Below, piece by piece: positions 9,981 through 20,369 of a stretch of 64,000 bases of DNA (the stretch's first letter is position 1; each line of letters begins with the position of its first letter). The DNA is taken from NCBI GenBank assembly GCA_021774625.1, contig JAJFIV010000027.1, positions 210,566 to 274,565 of the forward strand, written 5' to 3'. The stretch comes from Alphaproteobacteria bacterium. Lineage in GTDB: Bacteria; Pseudomonadota; Alphaproteobacteria; Sphingomonadales; JAKSBY01. Made by a program: the position numbers and the translations under genes. Under the pieces are notes generated by a model, which saw nothing but the letters and a program-made list of their open reading frames with translations, searched no databases and was not told the origin of the DNA.

Positions 9981-11912
9981 ATGGACGCGAAATCACAAAT
10001 CATGGTGACCCTTCCCGATGGCAGCAAGCGGGAATTCGCGACCGGCGCCACCGGCGAAGATGTGGCGGGCTCCATCGGTCCCGGCCTCTTGAAAGCGGCG
10101 CTGGCCGTCAAAGTGAATGGCGAACTGCGCGATCTGAAGCGGCCCATCGATCAGGATGCGGATATCGCCATTATCACTGCCCGGGAAAACGAGGGGCTGG
10201 AATTGCTGCGCCATGACGCCGCCCATGTGCTGGCGGAAGCCGTGCAGGAGCTGTTTCCGGGCACACAGGTGACCATCGGCCCGGTGATCGAGGACGGCTT
10301 TTTCTATGATTTCGCCCGCGATGAACCGTTCAGGGTCGACGACCTTGCGGCCATAGAGGAAAAAATGCGGGAAATTGTCGCCCGCGATGAGCCGATCACC
10401 CGCGAAGTCTGGGACCGCGGGGAGGCCATCGACCATTTCCGCTCCATCGGTGAGACCTATAAAGCGGAGATTATTGAGGATCTGCCGGAAGGCGAGCCGA
10501 TCACCATTTACCGGCAGGGCAAGTGGTATGATCTCTGCCGGGGTCCGCATCTGCCGTCGACGGGAAAACTGGGTGATGCCTTCAAGCTGCTGAAAGTGGC
10601 CGGCGCCTATTGGCGGGGTGATTCGCGGAATGCGATGCTGTCCCGTATTTACGGCACCTGCTGGCGCGATAAAAAGGAACTGAAAGCCTATCTGCACCGG
10701 ATCGAGGAAGCGGAAAAGCGCGATCACCGCAAGCTTGGAAAGGAACTGGCGCTGTTTCATTTTCAGGAAGAAGCGCCTGGCATGCCCTTCTGGCACCCCA
10801 ATGGCTGGACCGTTTATCAGCAGCTTGAAGCCTATATCCGCAAAAAGCAGATCAAGGGCGGTTATCAGGAAATCAGGACGCCGCAGCTTGTGGACCGCAG
10901 CCTGTGGGAAAAATCCGGCCACTGGGAAAAATTTGGCGAGCATATCTACAGCGCCATCACGGCGGATGAAAAACAGGTGGCGATCAAGCCGATGAACTGC
11001 CCCTGCCATGTCCAGGTTTTCAACCACCATCTCCACAGCTATCGGGATTTGCCGTTACGTTACGCGGAATTCGGCAGCTGTCACCGCTATGAGCCGTCCG
11101 GCGCTTTGCATGGCCTGATGCGGGTGCGCGCCTTTACCCAGGATGATGGGCATATTTTCTGCACCCGGGATCAGATCACCTCGGAAGCCGAGATTTTCAC
11201 CAGGCTGCTGTTCGAAATATATCGGGAACTGGGCTTCGAGCAGGTGCGGGTGAAATTTTCCGACCGGCCCGAAATCCGCGCGGGGGCCGATGACGTCTGG
11301 GATCAGGCGGAAACCGCATTGAAAGAGGCCTGCGAACAAATGGGCCTTGAATTTGAATATAATCCCGGCGAAGGCGCCTTTTACGGTCCGAAACTGGAAT
11401 TTGTCCTCACCGACGCCATTGGCCGGGACTGGCAGTGCGGCACGTTGCAGGTCGATTTCATCCTGCCTGCCCGGCTGGATGCGACCTATATCGGTGAAGA
11501 CGGCAACCGCCATCAGGCGGTGATGTTGCACCGGGCTATTCTGGGCTCGTTCGAGCGCTTTATCGGCATTCTCATCGAACACCATGCCGGACGGTTTCCC
11601 CTGTGGCTGGCGCCCACACAGGCGGTGGTGGCTACCATTACCTCGGATGGGGATGACTATGCGAACAAAGTCTCGGAGCAATTGGGCGCTGCAGGCCTTC
11701 GCGTGACCACCGACCTTCGCAATGAGAAAATCAATTATAAGGTTCGGGAACACTCTTTGGCGAAAGTCCCGGCCATTCTGGTGGTGGGCAGCCGGGAAGC
11801 CGGGGAGGGCACCGTTTCCATGCGGCGGCTTGGCTCCAGGGATCAGAAGACGGTGCAGATTGACGAAGCAATCCGTTTGCTTGCAGCAGAAGCAAAAATG
11901 CCGGGGGGATAA
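9981..11912 (+). CDS. thrS: threonine--tRNA ligase
   Basis: 643 aa. It has a TGS N-domain ([11 protein letters not shown]), the editing domain [11 protein letters not shown], the class II core ([27 protein letters not shown]) and an anticodon-binding C-terminus. An alternative start at 10002 (MVTLPDG) is possible. Confidence 0.95.
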   Translation: MDAKSQIMVTLPDGSKREFATGATGEDVAGSIGPGLLKAALAVKVNGELRDLKRPIDQDADIAIITARENEGLELLRHDAAHVLAEAVQELFPGTQVTIGPVIEDGFFYDFARDEPFRVDDLAAIEEKMREIVARDEPITREVWDRGEAIDHFRSIGETYKAEIIEDLPEGEPITIYRQGKWYDLCRGPHLPSTGKLGDAFKLLKVAGAYWRGDSRNAMLSRIYGTCWRDKKELKAYLHRIEEAEKRDHRKLGKELALFHFQEEAPGMPFWHPNGWTVYQQLEAYIRKKQIKGGYQEIRTPQLVDRSLWEKSGHWEKFGEHIYSAITADEKQVAIKPMNCPCHVQVFNHHLHSYRDLPLRYAEFGSCHRYEPSGALHGLMRVRAFTQDDGHIFCTRDQITSEAEIFTRLLFEIYRELGFEQVRVKFSDRPEIRAGADDVWDQAETALKEACEQMGLEFEYNPGEGAFYGPKLEFVLTDAIGRDWQCGTLQVDFILPARLDATYIGEDGNRHQAVMLHRAILGSFERFIGILIEHHAGRFPLWLAPTQAVVATITSDGDDYANKVSEQLGAAGLRVTTDLRNEKINYKVREHSLAKVPAILVVGSREAGEGTVSMRRLGSRDQKTVQIDEAIRLLAAEAKMPGG

Positions 11913-12016
11913 TAGAGGATTAATATTAATTTTAAGATTCTGTCTTCAAACTCTTACTTTGCGGATGGAAGATGATATGCTAAACGGCAGTTTCAATTTT
12001 TAGTGGAGGTACATTC

Positions 12017-12553
12017 ATAGCTAGACACTCAACAGCAGGCCCCCCCGCGCGAAAGGGGCCGCGCATCAATGATCAGATCACCGTGGATAAAGTGCGTCTG
12101 ATTGATCAGGACGGTGAAAATCACGGCATTGTGGATACGGATCATGCCCGATCAATGGCAGGTCAGGCCGCGCTTGATCTTGTCGAAATTTCACCCCATG
12201 TCGATCCCCCTGTTTGTAAAATCCTGGATTACGGCAAATATAAATATGAGGCGCAGAAAAAAGCCAGCCTTGCCCGTAAAAAACAGAAAACCCAGGATGT
12301 TAAGGAAATCAAGATGCGTCCCGGCATCGACACCCATGACTATGATGTCAAGATGCGGGCCATGAACCGCTTTATCGATGACGGCGACAAGGTCAAGGTG
12401 ACGTTGCGCTTCCGCGGCCGCGAAATGGCGCATCCGGAACTGGGCCGGGAATTATTGAAGCGGGTCCAGGACGATATCGCTGAAATCGCCAAAATCGAAG
12501 CCCTGCCGCGCATGGAAGGCCGGCAAATGGTGATGGTGGTGGCCCCCAAATAA
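12017..12553 (+). CDS. infC: translation initiation factor IF-3 (non-canonical ATA start)
   Basis: The ORF track starts at GTG 12083, but the frame is open from 11984. Upstream in-frame residues [30 protein letters not shown] are the normal IF-3 N-terminus. GGAGG at 12005-12009 lies 7 nt before ATA 12017. Confidence 0.85.
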   Translation: MARHSTAGPPARKGPRINDQITVDKVRLIDQDGENHGIVDTDHARSMAGQAALDLVEISPHVDPPVCKILDYGKYKYEAQKKASLARKKQKTQDVKEIKMRPGIDTHDYDVKMRAMNRFIDDGDKVKVTLRFRGREMAHPELGRELLKRVQDDIAEIAKIEALPRMEGRQMVMVVAPK

Positions 12554-12620
12554 CGCTGTTCGCGGCTATCAACCGTCTCTCCGTCACAAATTTGCCGGAT
12601 TAGGGTGAAAGGCATAATAT

Positions 12621-14549
12621 ATGGCTGAGCCCAAAGATCAGATATCTCTGCCCGGTGATCCTGAGCGCCTGTCTGTGCGGCACGGCGGGCCGCGGCGGAT
12701 TCTGAGGATTTTTTACTGGCTTGCTGTCGCCGGCGTGTGGTTTTTGATCGGCCTTTTCGGACTGTTTCTTTATTATGCCCACGATCTGCCCGATATCACC
12801 AATCCGCCGCCGCCGGGCGGCAGCCCAAGCGTTGAAATCCGGGCTTCCGATGGCGCGCTGCTGGCCACATATGGCAGTGTTTACGGCGACTGGCTGGATT
12901 ATCGGGATGTCCCGCGCATCCTCATCCAGGCCCTGGTAGCCGTCGAAGACCGGCGGTTTTTTAAACATGGCGGGGTTGATTTTCGGGCGCTTTTGCGCGC
13001 CAGTTTTTCCAATCTGAAGGCCGGGGGTGTGCGGCAGGGTGGCAGTACGCTGACCCAGCAACTGGCAAAAAACCTTTTTCTGACGCCGGACCGCACCCTC
13101 AAGCGCAAGGTCCAGGAATTGCTGGTTGCTCTCTGGCTTGAGCAGAAATTCACCAAGGAACAGATTCTCACCATTTACCTCAACCGGGTTTATTTCGGCT
13201 CCGGCACTTACGGCCTTGACGCCGCATCGCGTAAATATTTCGGTCATTCCGCGCGTAATCTCAGCGTGGCGGAAGCCGCGCTGCTCGCAGGTCTTGTCCA
13301 GGCGCCCTCGCTTTATTCGCCGGCGCGCAGCCCGGAAAGCGCCTATAAACGGGCCGGTCAGGTATTGGACAGCATGGTGCGCCAGACCGTGCTGACGGAG
13401 GAGGCGGCGGATCGTGTAAAGGGGACCCCCGCTTCCATTGCCGCCAGTGCCGCCGGCACCAATGTCCGGTATTTTACCGACTGGGTGTTTGAAGAGGCCG
13501 CCGGTCTCATGCCCGTCAGCAAAGAACCGGTCGCAATTTATACCACGCTCGAACAGCACATGCAGCAGACGGCGGAGGCGGCGCTTTTAAAGGCGATTGA
13601 CGGTCCCGGCGTCGCCGCCAATATCGATCAGGGTGCGCTGCTGGCCATGGCCCCCGATGGCTCCATACGTGCTTTGGTCGGTGGCCGGTCTTATGCCAAA
13701 AGCCAGTATAACCGGGCGGTGCAGGCAAAAAGACAGCCGGGTTCCGCATTCAAGCTTTTTGTCTATCTGGCCGCCTTTGAAAATGGGCTGGCCCCTAAAA
13801 CCATCATGGAAGACAGTCCGGTGACCGTGGATGGCTGGCGGCCTGAAAATTACAGCGGAACCTATGCCGGCGCAGTCAGTCTGGAAACCGCTTTTGCCCG
13901 TTCGCTCAATACGGTTGCCGTGAAAGTCTCCGAACGCACCGGCCGCGGCAGAGTGGCCGAGGCCGCGCACCGGCTGGGCATCGCCGGCAGCATCACGCCC
14001 CATCCCAGTGTGGCGCTTGGCGTTTCCGAGGTCAGCCTGATGGAGCTCACTGCCGCCTATGCTGCCATCGCCAATGGCGGGTACCGGGTCAAACCTTACG
14101 CCATTCTGGAAATTCAGACGGCGGAAGGAGAAATTCTCTACCGCCGGACGCCCGAACCTTTGGCGCAGGTTATTGACCCGGTCCGGGTCGAGGAACTGGC
14201 AGGCATGATGGCGCAGACCATTGAGACCGGCACCGGCCGGGGCGCTAAAATCGATCGTCCCGCTGCCGGGAAAACCGGCACCAGCCAGGATTTCCGCGAT
14301 GCCTGGTTTCTGGGTTTCAGCGGCGACCTGGTGGCCGGGGTCTGGTTCGGCAACGATGACGGCTCTCCCATGAAGGGCGTGACCGGTGGCGGGCTCCCGG
14401 CCCGCACGTGGGCTGACTTCATGATTCCCGCGCATATCGGCATGCCGCCAAAACCGCTTTTATCGGCCTCCGTCATGACCGCAAGGGAGGAAGCGGAGAA
14501 AGAGGAAAAACCCGGTTTCTGGGACCGTCTCTTCGGGCGGAAAAAATAA
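12621..14549 (+). CDS. penicillin-binding protein 1A family (glycosyltransferase + transpeptidase)
   Basis: 642 aa with an N-terminal TM. GT51 motifs: EDRRFFKHGGVD, GGSTLTQQLAKN. Transpeptidase motifs: SAFK, SLN, KTGT. Confidence 0.9.
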   Translation: MAEPKDQISLPGDPERLSVRHGGPRRILRIFYWLAVAGVWFLIGLFGLFLYYAHDLPDITNPPPPGGSPSVEIRASDGALLATYGSVYGDWLDYRDVPRILIQALVAVEDRRFFKHGGVDFRALLRASFSNLKAGGVRQGGSTLTQQLAKNLFLTPDRTLKRKVQELLVALWLEQKFTKEQILTIYLNRVYFGSGTYGLDAASRKYFGHSARNLSVAEAALLAGLVQAPSLYSPARSPESAYKRAGQVLDSMVRQTVLTEEAADRVKGTPASIAASAAGTNVRYFTDWVFEEAAGLMPVSKEPVAIYTTLEQHMQQTAEAALLKAIDGPGVAANIDQGALLAMAPDGSIRALVGGRSYAKSQYNRAVQAKRQPGSAFKLFVYLAAFENGLAPKTIMEDSPVTVDGWRPENYSGTYAGAVSLETAFARSLNTVAVKVSERTGRGRVAEAAHRLGIAGSITPHPSVALGVSEVSLMELTAAYAAIANGGYRVKPYAILEIQTAEGEILYRRTPEPLAQVIDPVRVEELAGMMAQTIETGTGRGAKIDRPAAGKTGTSQDFRDAWFLGFSGDLVAGVWFGNDDGSPMKGVTGGGLPARTWADFMIPAHIGMPPKPLLSASVMTAREEAEKEEKPGFWDRLFGRKK

Positions 14550-14553
14550 GACT

Positions 14554-15237
14554 CTAAAGAAGATGAAGCTGGCTGCCATTTTTTCTGAGCCACGCTTTGG
14601 CTGTTTTATGATCCGGGCACAGACCGGCAACCAGCTGCCAGAAAGCCGGGCTGTGGTTCATTTCCCGCAAATGACAGACTTCGTGGGCGGCGACATAATC
14701 CGCAACCGCTTCCGGGGCGAAAACCAGCCGCCACGAAAAGGAAAGATTGCCGCTGGCCGAACAACTGCCCCAGCGGCTTCTGGTGTCGCGGAGGGTGATT
14801 TTCCGGTGTTCAACCCCCAGTTTATCAGAATAAAAAATACAGCGCTCTTCCATAAAGGACCGGGCCGCTTTCTTCAGCCAGCGTTTAAGACGGGCTTCCG
14901 CATGTTCCGCCGGGCCGCCAACGATCAGACAATTTCCTTCCTCAAAAATCCGGCGCGGGCGGCCTTCATCGCATTTTACGGCCAGGGTTTTCCCCAAGAC
15001 CGTCAACGGTCCGTCAAACAGCGAGGGGCGCCTTGTCTCTATTTTATTCAATTGCTGATGCAGCCAGCCCCGGGACTGGTGGATAAAGGCCAGCCCTTCC
15101 TGCAGGCGCGCCCGGAGCGGCAACGTCAGCCGGATTTCGCCCGCCAACGCATCGAAACGCAGCAGAATCCGCTTCGCCTGTTTGTTGCGGCGTATTTTCA
15201 GGGGAACATTGCGCCCGGCTATCTCGACGCTTTTCAC
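14554..15237 (-). CDS. YgjP-like (DUF45) M48-type metal-dependent hydrolase
   Basis: 227 aa with a GTG start and the HEVCHLREMNHS zinc motif near the C-terminus. Confidence 0.8.
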   Translation of the reverse strand: MKSVEIAGRNVPLKIRRNKQAKRILLRFDALAGEIRLTLPLRARLQEGLAFIHQSRGWLHQQLNKIETRRPSLFDGPLTVLGKTLAVKCDEGRPRRIFEEGNCLIVGGPAEHAEARLKRWLKKAARSFMEERCIFYSDKLGVEHRKITLRDTRSRWGSCSASGNLSFSWRLVFAPEAVADYVAAHEVCHLREMNHSPAFWQLVAGLCPDHKTAKAWLRKNGSQLHLL

Positions 15238-15674
15238 TATTCAACGGCCGTAATATGATCATGCAGGTCGCCTGCATCCCGCTCGGACACGGTTTTTCCC
15301 TTCACCGAAATGCCAGCGGCATGAACGCTTTCTTTTGAACCGGAAATCAGGGGATGCCAGTCATATAGCGGCTTGCCTTCCGCCAGCAGGCGATAGGCGC
15401 AGGTCGCAGGAAGCCAGCCGTAGGATCGCACCGTGTCCGCTGTCAGAATTGTGCAGTCAGGGACAAACCGCAGCCGGTCGGCATAGTGACGGCAGCGGAT
15501 GGTCTCATGATCAAGAAGCCGGCAGGCGACATTGGTGTAGGCAATCTCGCCGGTTTCCTCATCCTCCAGTTTGTGAAGACAGCATTTGCCGCAGCCGTCG
15601 CACAGGGATTCCCATTCTTCCCGGTTCATCCTGTCCAGGGCCGTGGTTTCCCAAAAAGGTTTATCCGGCTCCAT
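15237..15674 (-). CDS. ycgN: YcgN family cysteine-cluster protein (UPF0260)
   Basis: 145 aa. The [23 protein letters not shown] signature is present. Its stop overlaps the next gene's start by 1 nt. Confidence 0.8.
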   Translation of the reverse strand: MEPDKPFWETTALDRMNREEWESLCDGCGKCCLHKLEDEETGEIAYTNVACRLLDHETIRCRHYADRLRFVPDCTILTADTVRSYGWLPATCAYRLLAEGKPLYDWHPLISGSKESVHAAGISVKGKTVSERDAGDLHDHITAVE

Positions 15675-15679
15675 GGAAT

Positions 15680-16297
15680 TTACCCGATGGCCGCCAGCAG
15701 GGCTTCGGTCATGCTTTCCGGCGAATCAGAAAGCGTGAAATGGCGGACATAGCGTCCCTCCCCATCCATGAGAAAGATAATCGAGGAATGATCCATCAGA
15801 TACGCGCCATCCCCGGGATCGTCGCCTTTGGCATAATAAACCCGGTAAGCCTTGGCTGCTTTGGCGATCTGCTCCACTGTGCCGGTAAGGCCGGTTAATT
15901 TCGGCGGAAAGGCCTGAACATAGTCCGCCATCACGTCCACGGTATCCCGTTCCGGATCAATGGTGATGAAAAGCGGGGAAAGCCTGGCCATATCGCCGCC
16001 CTGTTGTTCGAACTGCCGAAGGGCCAGCGCCATTTTCTGAAGTTCCGTCGGGCAGACATCGGGGCAAAAACTGTAGCCGAAATAGATCAGCATGAAGCGT
16101 CCGGCAAAATCCTTTTCCGTGACGGTATTGCCTTTGTGATCGGTCAGCTCGAAAGGTCCGCCGACCAGCGCTTCCCCTGTGCTGGTAACCGGCTTCTCCC
16201 GCGGGCCAGAAGTATCCATATAAAAATAAAGGACAATCAGGCCGCCCAGCAGGATCAGCGCGGCCGTCAGCAGATAGAGGGGCAGACGAGGGTTCAA
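15680..16297 (-). CDS. SCO family (Sco1/SenC) copper chaperone / thiol-disulfide protein
   Basis: 205 aa with an N-terminal TM, a thioredoxin fold and the CPDVCP motif. Confidence 0.85.
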   Translation of the reverse strand: MNPRLPLYLLTAALILLGGLIVLYFYMDTSGPREKPVTSTGEALVGGPFELTDHKGNTVTEKDFAGRFMLIYFGYSFCPDVCPTELQKMALALRQFEQQGGDMARLSPLFITIDPERDTVDVMADYVQAFPPKLTGLTGTVEQIAKAAKAYRVYYAKGDDPGDGAYLMDHSSIIFLMDGEGRYVRHFTLSDSPESMTEALLAAIG

Positions 16298-16436
16298 GCT
16301 TCTTCACCTATTTGTTAATATGGATCCGGCATAGACAAATTGCCTTTCATGCCTATTGCTTTTATAGATTGGCAGCCCTGTCTTTGTCGATGCCAAATGC
16401 AATGGCATACAGTTTCAGCGCGGATAGGAAATAAGA

Positions 16437-17018
16437 ATGATGCGACCTTTCACCTTAATCAAAATGGCAGCGTTTTTCACATTATTTTTTGCGGCTTCTC
16501 TTGGCTGCCAAACGCCTGCCTTTGCGCAATTTTCTGACACCTGGGAGTTTATAAAAGCGGTGAACGAGGCGGATTATAAGGAAATGCGCAGCCGTCTCGG
16601 CAAAGGCGCCAACATCAATGCAAAAAATGCTGAAGGAAGAACCGCGTTGTTCATCGCCACGGAAAAGCGGGATTCAAAATTGATCGCCTTCCTTTTGGAG
16701 CAGAACGCCAATCCCAATGTAACGTCAGGTGAGCGCGACGAAGTGCCGCTGATGCGCGCCACGGAGCTGGCGGATGTCGAGACCATGAAGGCTTTGCTGG
16801 AAGCCGGCGCCAATCCAAATGCGCAGGACAGAGGCGGTGAAACGGCGCTGATGAAAGCGGCGAAGGGCAGAAGGAGCGAACCCTTAAGGCTGCTGCTCGA
16901 AAACGGAGCTGATTTCGATCAGGCCGATTATACCGGCCGGACGGCCCTGCAATATGCCAATGAATACCGCCGCCGCTCGCTGGCCAGGCTTCTGGAAGAA
17001 GCAGGGGCGCAATATTAG
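16437..17018 (+). CDS. exported ankyrin-repeat protein
   Basis: 193 aa with a signal peptide (AAFFTLFFAASLGCQTPAFA), followed by four ANK units (GRTALFIATE, VPLMRATE, GETALMKAAK, GRTALQYA). Confidence 0.8.
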   Translation: MMRPFTLIKMAAFFTLFFAASLGCQTPAFAQFSDTWEFIKAVNEADYKEMRSRLGKGANINAKNAEGRTALFIATEKRDSKLIAFLLEQNANPNVTSGERDEVPLMRATELADVETMKALLEAGANPNAQDRGGETALMKAAKGRRSEPLRLLLENGADFDQADYTGRTALQYANEYRRRSLARLLEEAGAQY

Positions 17019-18351
17019 GGGCCGGATTTCACCGCCGCTTTTTGATGCCGGCCGGGTCCGGCTTCGCACTCTTGTCAATATCCGCTGGCTAGCCATTCTC
17101 GGCCAGTTGTTGGCCGTTCTCATCGTTCATTTCCTTCTCGGTTATCCCCTGGCGTTCTGGCCGCTTCTGGCTGTGATCGGCGCATCCGTGTTGCTGAATG
17201 CCTATCTGCAAAGCACAAAATCCGGGGCCGGGCGGCGGCTTTCAGAAGCCGAATCGGCCCTGCAGCTGGGGTATGACCTTCTGCAGCTTTCCGTTCTTTT
17301 GTATCTGACCGGGGGGCTCGGCAATCCCTTTTCGATTCTGATGCTGGCGCCGGTCACCATATCGGCAACCATTTTAAGCCGTAAAATTACTTTCATACTG
17401 CTTGGTTTCGCGGTTGCCGCCCTGGCTCTTCTTGCCTTCCGGCACCAACCGCTGCCCTGGCGGGATGGGCCACTTGTCATTCCAACGATTTATCTGACCG
17501 GAATCGGAATTGCCATTTTGCTCAGCATGATTTTCCTTGCGCTTTATGCATCGCGTGTCTCCAGCGAAGCGCGGCGGCGGGCCACTGCTCTGGCCGCAAC
17601 CCAGGCGGCGCTCGCCCGCGAACAAAAACTGTCTGCTTTGGGGAGCCTGGCTGCGGCCGCTGCCCATGAACTGGGAACACCGCTTGGCACCATTACGCTG
17701 GCGGCCCGCGAGCTTTCCCGGGGGGTCGCCAAAGGGGGACCCTACGGCGAGGAGGTGGCGACGATTTCCGAACAGGCGGACCGCTGCCGCGAAATTCTGG
17801 CCAGACTTGCCAAGATACCGGAGGGCGGGGACAACCCTTTCGCCCGGCAATCGCCAAGAGCCTTTTTTACGCACCTGATTCAGCCATTCGATACTATAGC
17901 CGGCACCCGTTTTGATTTAAAAATTGATGCTGAAACGGATAAGGCCGGAAAACCGATTCTCATCCCATCCACGCCGGAAATTGTGCACGGGCTGGGAAAT
18001 TTTGTTGAAAATGCCGCCCGGTTTGCCCTCAGTAAAATTACCATCTATTTCGAGGCTGATGGCGATCAGGTGAAAATCACCCTTCTTGACGATGGCCCCG
18101 GTTTTGATCTTTCCGTCATAAAAATGCTGGGCGAGCCCTATATTGGCGCCGCCTGTCCCGCAGAGGATAAGGGCCGGACAACCAAAATCCACCAGGGAAT
18201 GGGGCTGGGTATTTTTATTGCAAAAACTCTGCTGGAACGAACCGGTGCAATCCTTTATTTTGATAATGAAACCGGTGGCGGTGCAAAAGTTGTTTGCCGG
18301 TGGCGCCGGATAAACTGGGACCAAATCGGTCAAACGCACACAGAATGGTAA
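16954..18351 (+). CDS. regB: redox-sensing histidine kinase RegB/PrrB/ActS
   Basis: 465 aa. It has a multi-TM N-half containing the quinone-site heptapeptide GGLGNPF, the H-box AAAHELGTPLGTI and an HATPase C-terminus (GMGLGIFIAK). The start is uncertain (ATG 16954/16960 overlap the ankyrin gene end). Confidence 0.85.
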   Translation: MPMNTAAARWPGFWKKQGRNIRGRISPPLFDAGRVRLRTLVNIRWLAILGQLLAVLIVHFLLGYPLAFWPLLAVIGASVLLNAYLQSTKSGAGRRLSEAESALQLGYDLLQLSVLLYLTGGLGNPFSILMLAPVTISATILSRKITFILLGFAVAALALLAFRHQPLPWRDGPLVIPTIYLTGIGIAILLSMIFLALYASRVSSEARRRATALAATQAALAREQKLSALGSLAAAAAHELGTPLGTITLAARELSRGVAKGGPYGEEVATISEQADRCREILARLAKIPEGGDNPFARQSPRAFFTHLIQPFDTIAGTRFDLKIDAETDKAGKPILIPSTPEIVHGLGNFVENAARFALSKITIYFEADGDQVKITLLDDGPGFDLSVIKMLGEPYIGAACPAEDKGRTTKIHQGMGLGIFIAKTLLERTGAILYFDNETGGGAKVVCRWRRINWDQIGQTHTEW

Positions 18352-18911
18352 AGATGCAGCAAAAGCCAGTTCAGCAACCGCACCAGCATGACAAAGGGCT
18401 GCTTGTGGTCGATGATGACCGGGCCTTTCGCTCGCAGCTCACCCGTTCCATGGAACGCCGGGGATTCGAGGTGTTCGCGGCGGAGGGGCCAGATGAGGCA
18501 CTGCAGCTTGCCCGCAAATGCTTCCCGGCCTATGCCGTTCTCGATATGCGTCTCGATGGAGCCAATGGCCTTGAACTGGTGCCGGCGTTGCGTGAATGCC
18601 GTCCCGATATGCGGATCGTGATCCTGACCGGTTACGGCAATATCGCAAGCGCCGTATCGGCGATCAAGGCAGGCGCCCTGGATTATCTAGCAAAACCGGC
18701 CGATATTGATGATATTGAATCGGCGCTGCTGGCGGGCGAGGGCGAAAGGCCGCCGCCGCCGGAACAGCCCATGTCGGCCGACAGGGTGCGCTGGGAGCAT
18801 ATTTTACGGGTTTATGAGCTTTGCGGCCGCAATGTGTCGGAAACCGCGCGGCGGCTTAATATGCACCGCCGCACCTTGCAGCGAATTCTCGCCAAGAGAT
18901 CGCCGCTCTAG
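18345..18911 (+). CDS. regA: response regulator RegA/PrrA/ActR
   Basis: ORF 18294..18911. The likely start is ATG 18345, overlapping the regB stop (ATGGTAA). It has a receiver domain (LLVVDDD, VLDMRL) and the family-invariant HTH NVSETARRLNMHRRTLQRILAKRSP. Confidence 0.9.
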   Translation: MVKMQQKPVQQPHQHDKGLLVVDDDRAFRSQLTRSMERRGFEVFAAEGPDEALQLARKCFPAYAVLDMRLDGANGLELVPALRECRPDMRIVILTGYGNIASAVSAIKAGALDYLAKPADIDDIESALLAGEGERPPPPEQPMSADRVRWEHILRVYELCGRNVSETARRLNMHRRTLQRILAKRSPL

Positions 18912-18928
18912 GGTTTGGATCCTGGATT

Positions 18929-20257
18929 TTACAGTGTGTCGATATGGGCGCCCTGGAACAGACTGATTCCTGCGCTTTTGCCGAATGCCAGTCCGCCAGC
19001 ATCATGGCAGTGGCTCAAGATGACCCGCGCCTTGCCGGCCTGACGGACAGTTTCCCTGAATTCTTCCAGCCTGCCGCCGGTCAACTGCCCGGCATCCTTC
19101 GCGGAATAAGTGATTTTTTCGAAATCCGCCGCCAGTTTTTCTCTCAGCAACGCCATAAAGACAAAGGCGGAAATATCGGAAATGCAAACCCGGTAGCCTT
19201 TTTCCCGCACATGGTTGCGCGCCGCGAGAAACGCGGGAACATCTTTCAGAACATCCATCATGGAAAATTCAAGAATGATGGGGTTTCCGGCGCTTTCACC
19301 TGTTTTGCGGTCAAATTCTGAAAACTCAGAGCTGAAAATCGCTTCCACCGGCGCGCGAATACTGGACGCCAAAGAGGCTTGATTTTTCATTTCAGGAAGG
19401 GCCGTCAGGACCTTGCGATCCAGCGCACGGCGTAAATGCTGATAGAGCCAGGGATCCGCATCCAGATCACATTGCGGCAGCAGGGCCTTTTCAACCGATT
19501 CGAGGGGGATATAGCGCTCACAGAATATGGATTGCGGTGTCATATTGCCGGCAAACAGGCGGACATCCCGGCGCAGAATCAGGTTGCCCACATCCATTGT
19601 CTGCAGGGCCGTCTCAATTTTTTCCAGATCGGCGGGTGTTATGGAGCGGCTGCCGGCTCCGGGCCGTCTGGGCGCTTCTATCTTGCGGTATTGTTCACTG
19701 AAAGAAGGTTCGCTTTTCGGAATCCAGTCACTTTTTGCTGGATTTGCTTCAGGTTGTTGGGGAGTGCTCACTGAAGGAGCCGGGCTTTGCTGTTGCATTG
19801 ATCCCATATTTTCGAGGCAGTCTTTGGCAAGGTCTACAAAGCCCTTATAATCCTGCCCGATATCCACCCATTCGCAAAGAGCGTCTTCTCCTTCCTGACG
19901 CTCCATGGCTTTGATATTCTCATCATCGCGAAACATATAACGGATTTTTAGAATGACCTCATCCATTTCGGCTATGGAGGCGTCCTTGAGCGCACAGACA
20001 AGGTCGCCGTTAGACAGCGGAAAAAGCTGTCCGTCATGTTTGCTAAGCAGCGGCTTAAAAGCGGCAGCGGCGGTATTAAGGTGATGTTTTTGGCGAAAAA
20101 CCTTGGTCAACATGGATAATCTGACACAGACTGCCCGGCGGCCTTTGGTGTGGCGCTTCAGACGCCGCGCATAGTCCAAAAGCAGTTCTTCCTGTTGCGG
20201 CAGATTTTGTGTCTTGGTCATGCTTCTTGCAAACGCCATCGAATGATCAATCCCCAT
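18929..20257 (-). CDS. soluble protein with degenerate GGDEF-like N-half and degenerate EAL-like C-half (putative c-di-GMP receptor)
   Basis: 442 aa with no hydrophobic segment. By-eye motif matches: LSNGDLVCAL (GGDEF position), ILEFS (ELTE), ISDISAF (DDFGTG), DFEKIT (KID), FQG. The domain call is tentative. The coding call is good: a long ORF lying 112 nt downstream of the protease gene on the same strand. Confidence 0.5.
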   Translation of the reverse strand: MGIDHSMAFARSMTKTQNLPQQEELLLDYARRLKRHTKGRRAVCVRLSMLTKVFRQKHHLNTAAAAFKPLLSKHDGQLFPLSNGDLVCALKDASIAEMDEVILKIRYMFRDDENIKAMERQEGEDALCEWVDIGQDYKGFVDLAKDCLENMGSMQQQSPAPSVSTPQQPEANPAKSDWIPKSEPSFSEQYRKIEAPRRPGAGSRSITPADLEKIETALQTMDVGNLILRRDVRLFAGNMTPQSIFCERYIPLESVEKALLPQCDLDADPWLYQHLRRALDRKVLTALPEMKNQASLASSIRAPVEAIFSSEFSEFDRKTGESAGNPIILEFSMMDVLKDVPAFLAARNHVREKGYRVCISDISAFVFMALLREKLAADFEKITYSAKDAGQLTGGRLEEFRETVRQAGKARVILSHCHDAGGLAFGKSAGISLFQGAHIDTL

Positions 20258-20369
20258 CCTGTCAGATCAATCCCAGAGTGCGCTGAACAGGCTTACTGTT
20301 TGGTTAAAATTTGAGAAAAATTAACGGCAGCGGGCGTCGGGCCGGCGCCGTTGGAGGCCGGCTTTTCCG

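Noticed and set aside
9993-11036. Long antisense ORFs opposite strongly recognisable genes: 9993..11036 (vs thrS), 12600..13559 and 13587..14435 (vs PBP1A), 26724..27953 (vs amidohydrolase), 28661..29785, 30385..31374 (vs the TonB receptor), 42261..43433 (vs helicase), 58698..59750 (vs nrdA), 47595..48245, 49088..49726 and 55442..56065.
   Set aside because: They are mirror-frame ORFs of the kind expected in GC-rich coding DNA. Their translations are Arg/Gly/Pro-rich and low in complexity, and they lack recognisable motifs. In every case the opposite strand encodes a protein with clear family signatures.
16298-16436. FNR/FixK-like (TTGTCGATGCCAAA) and sigma-54-like (TGGCAG...; TGGCAT...) motifs in the sco / ankyrin-regB intergenic region, and TGGCATGCATTTTAT upstream of the chemoreceptor gene.
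   Set aside because: The half-site spacing is wrong for FNR (TTG-N7-CAA instead of N8), and the -12 GC element of sigma-54 promoters is absent in all three cases.
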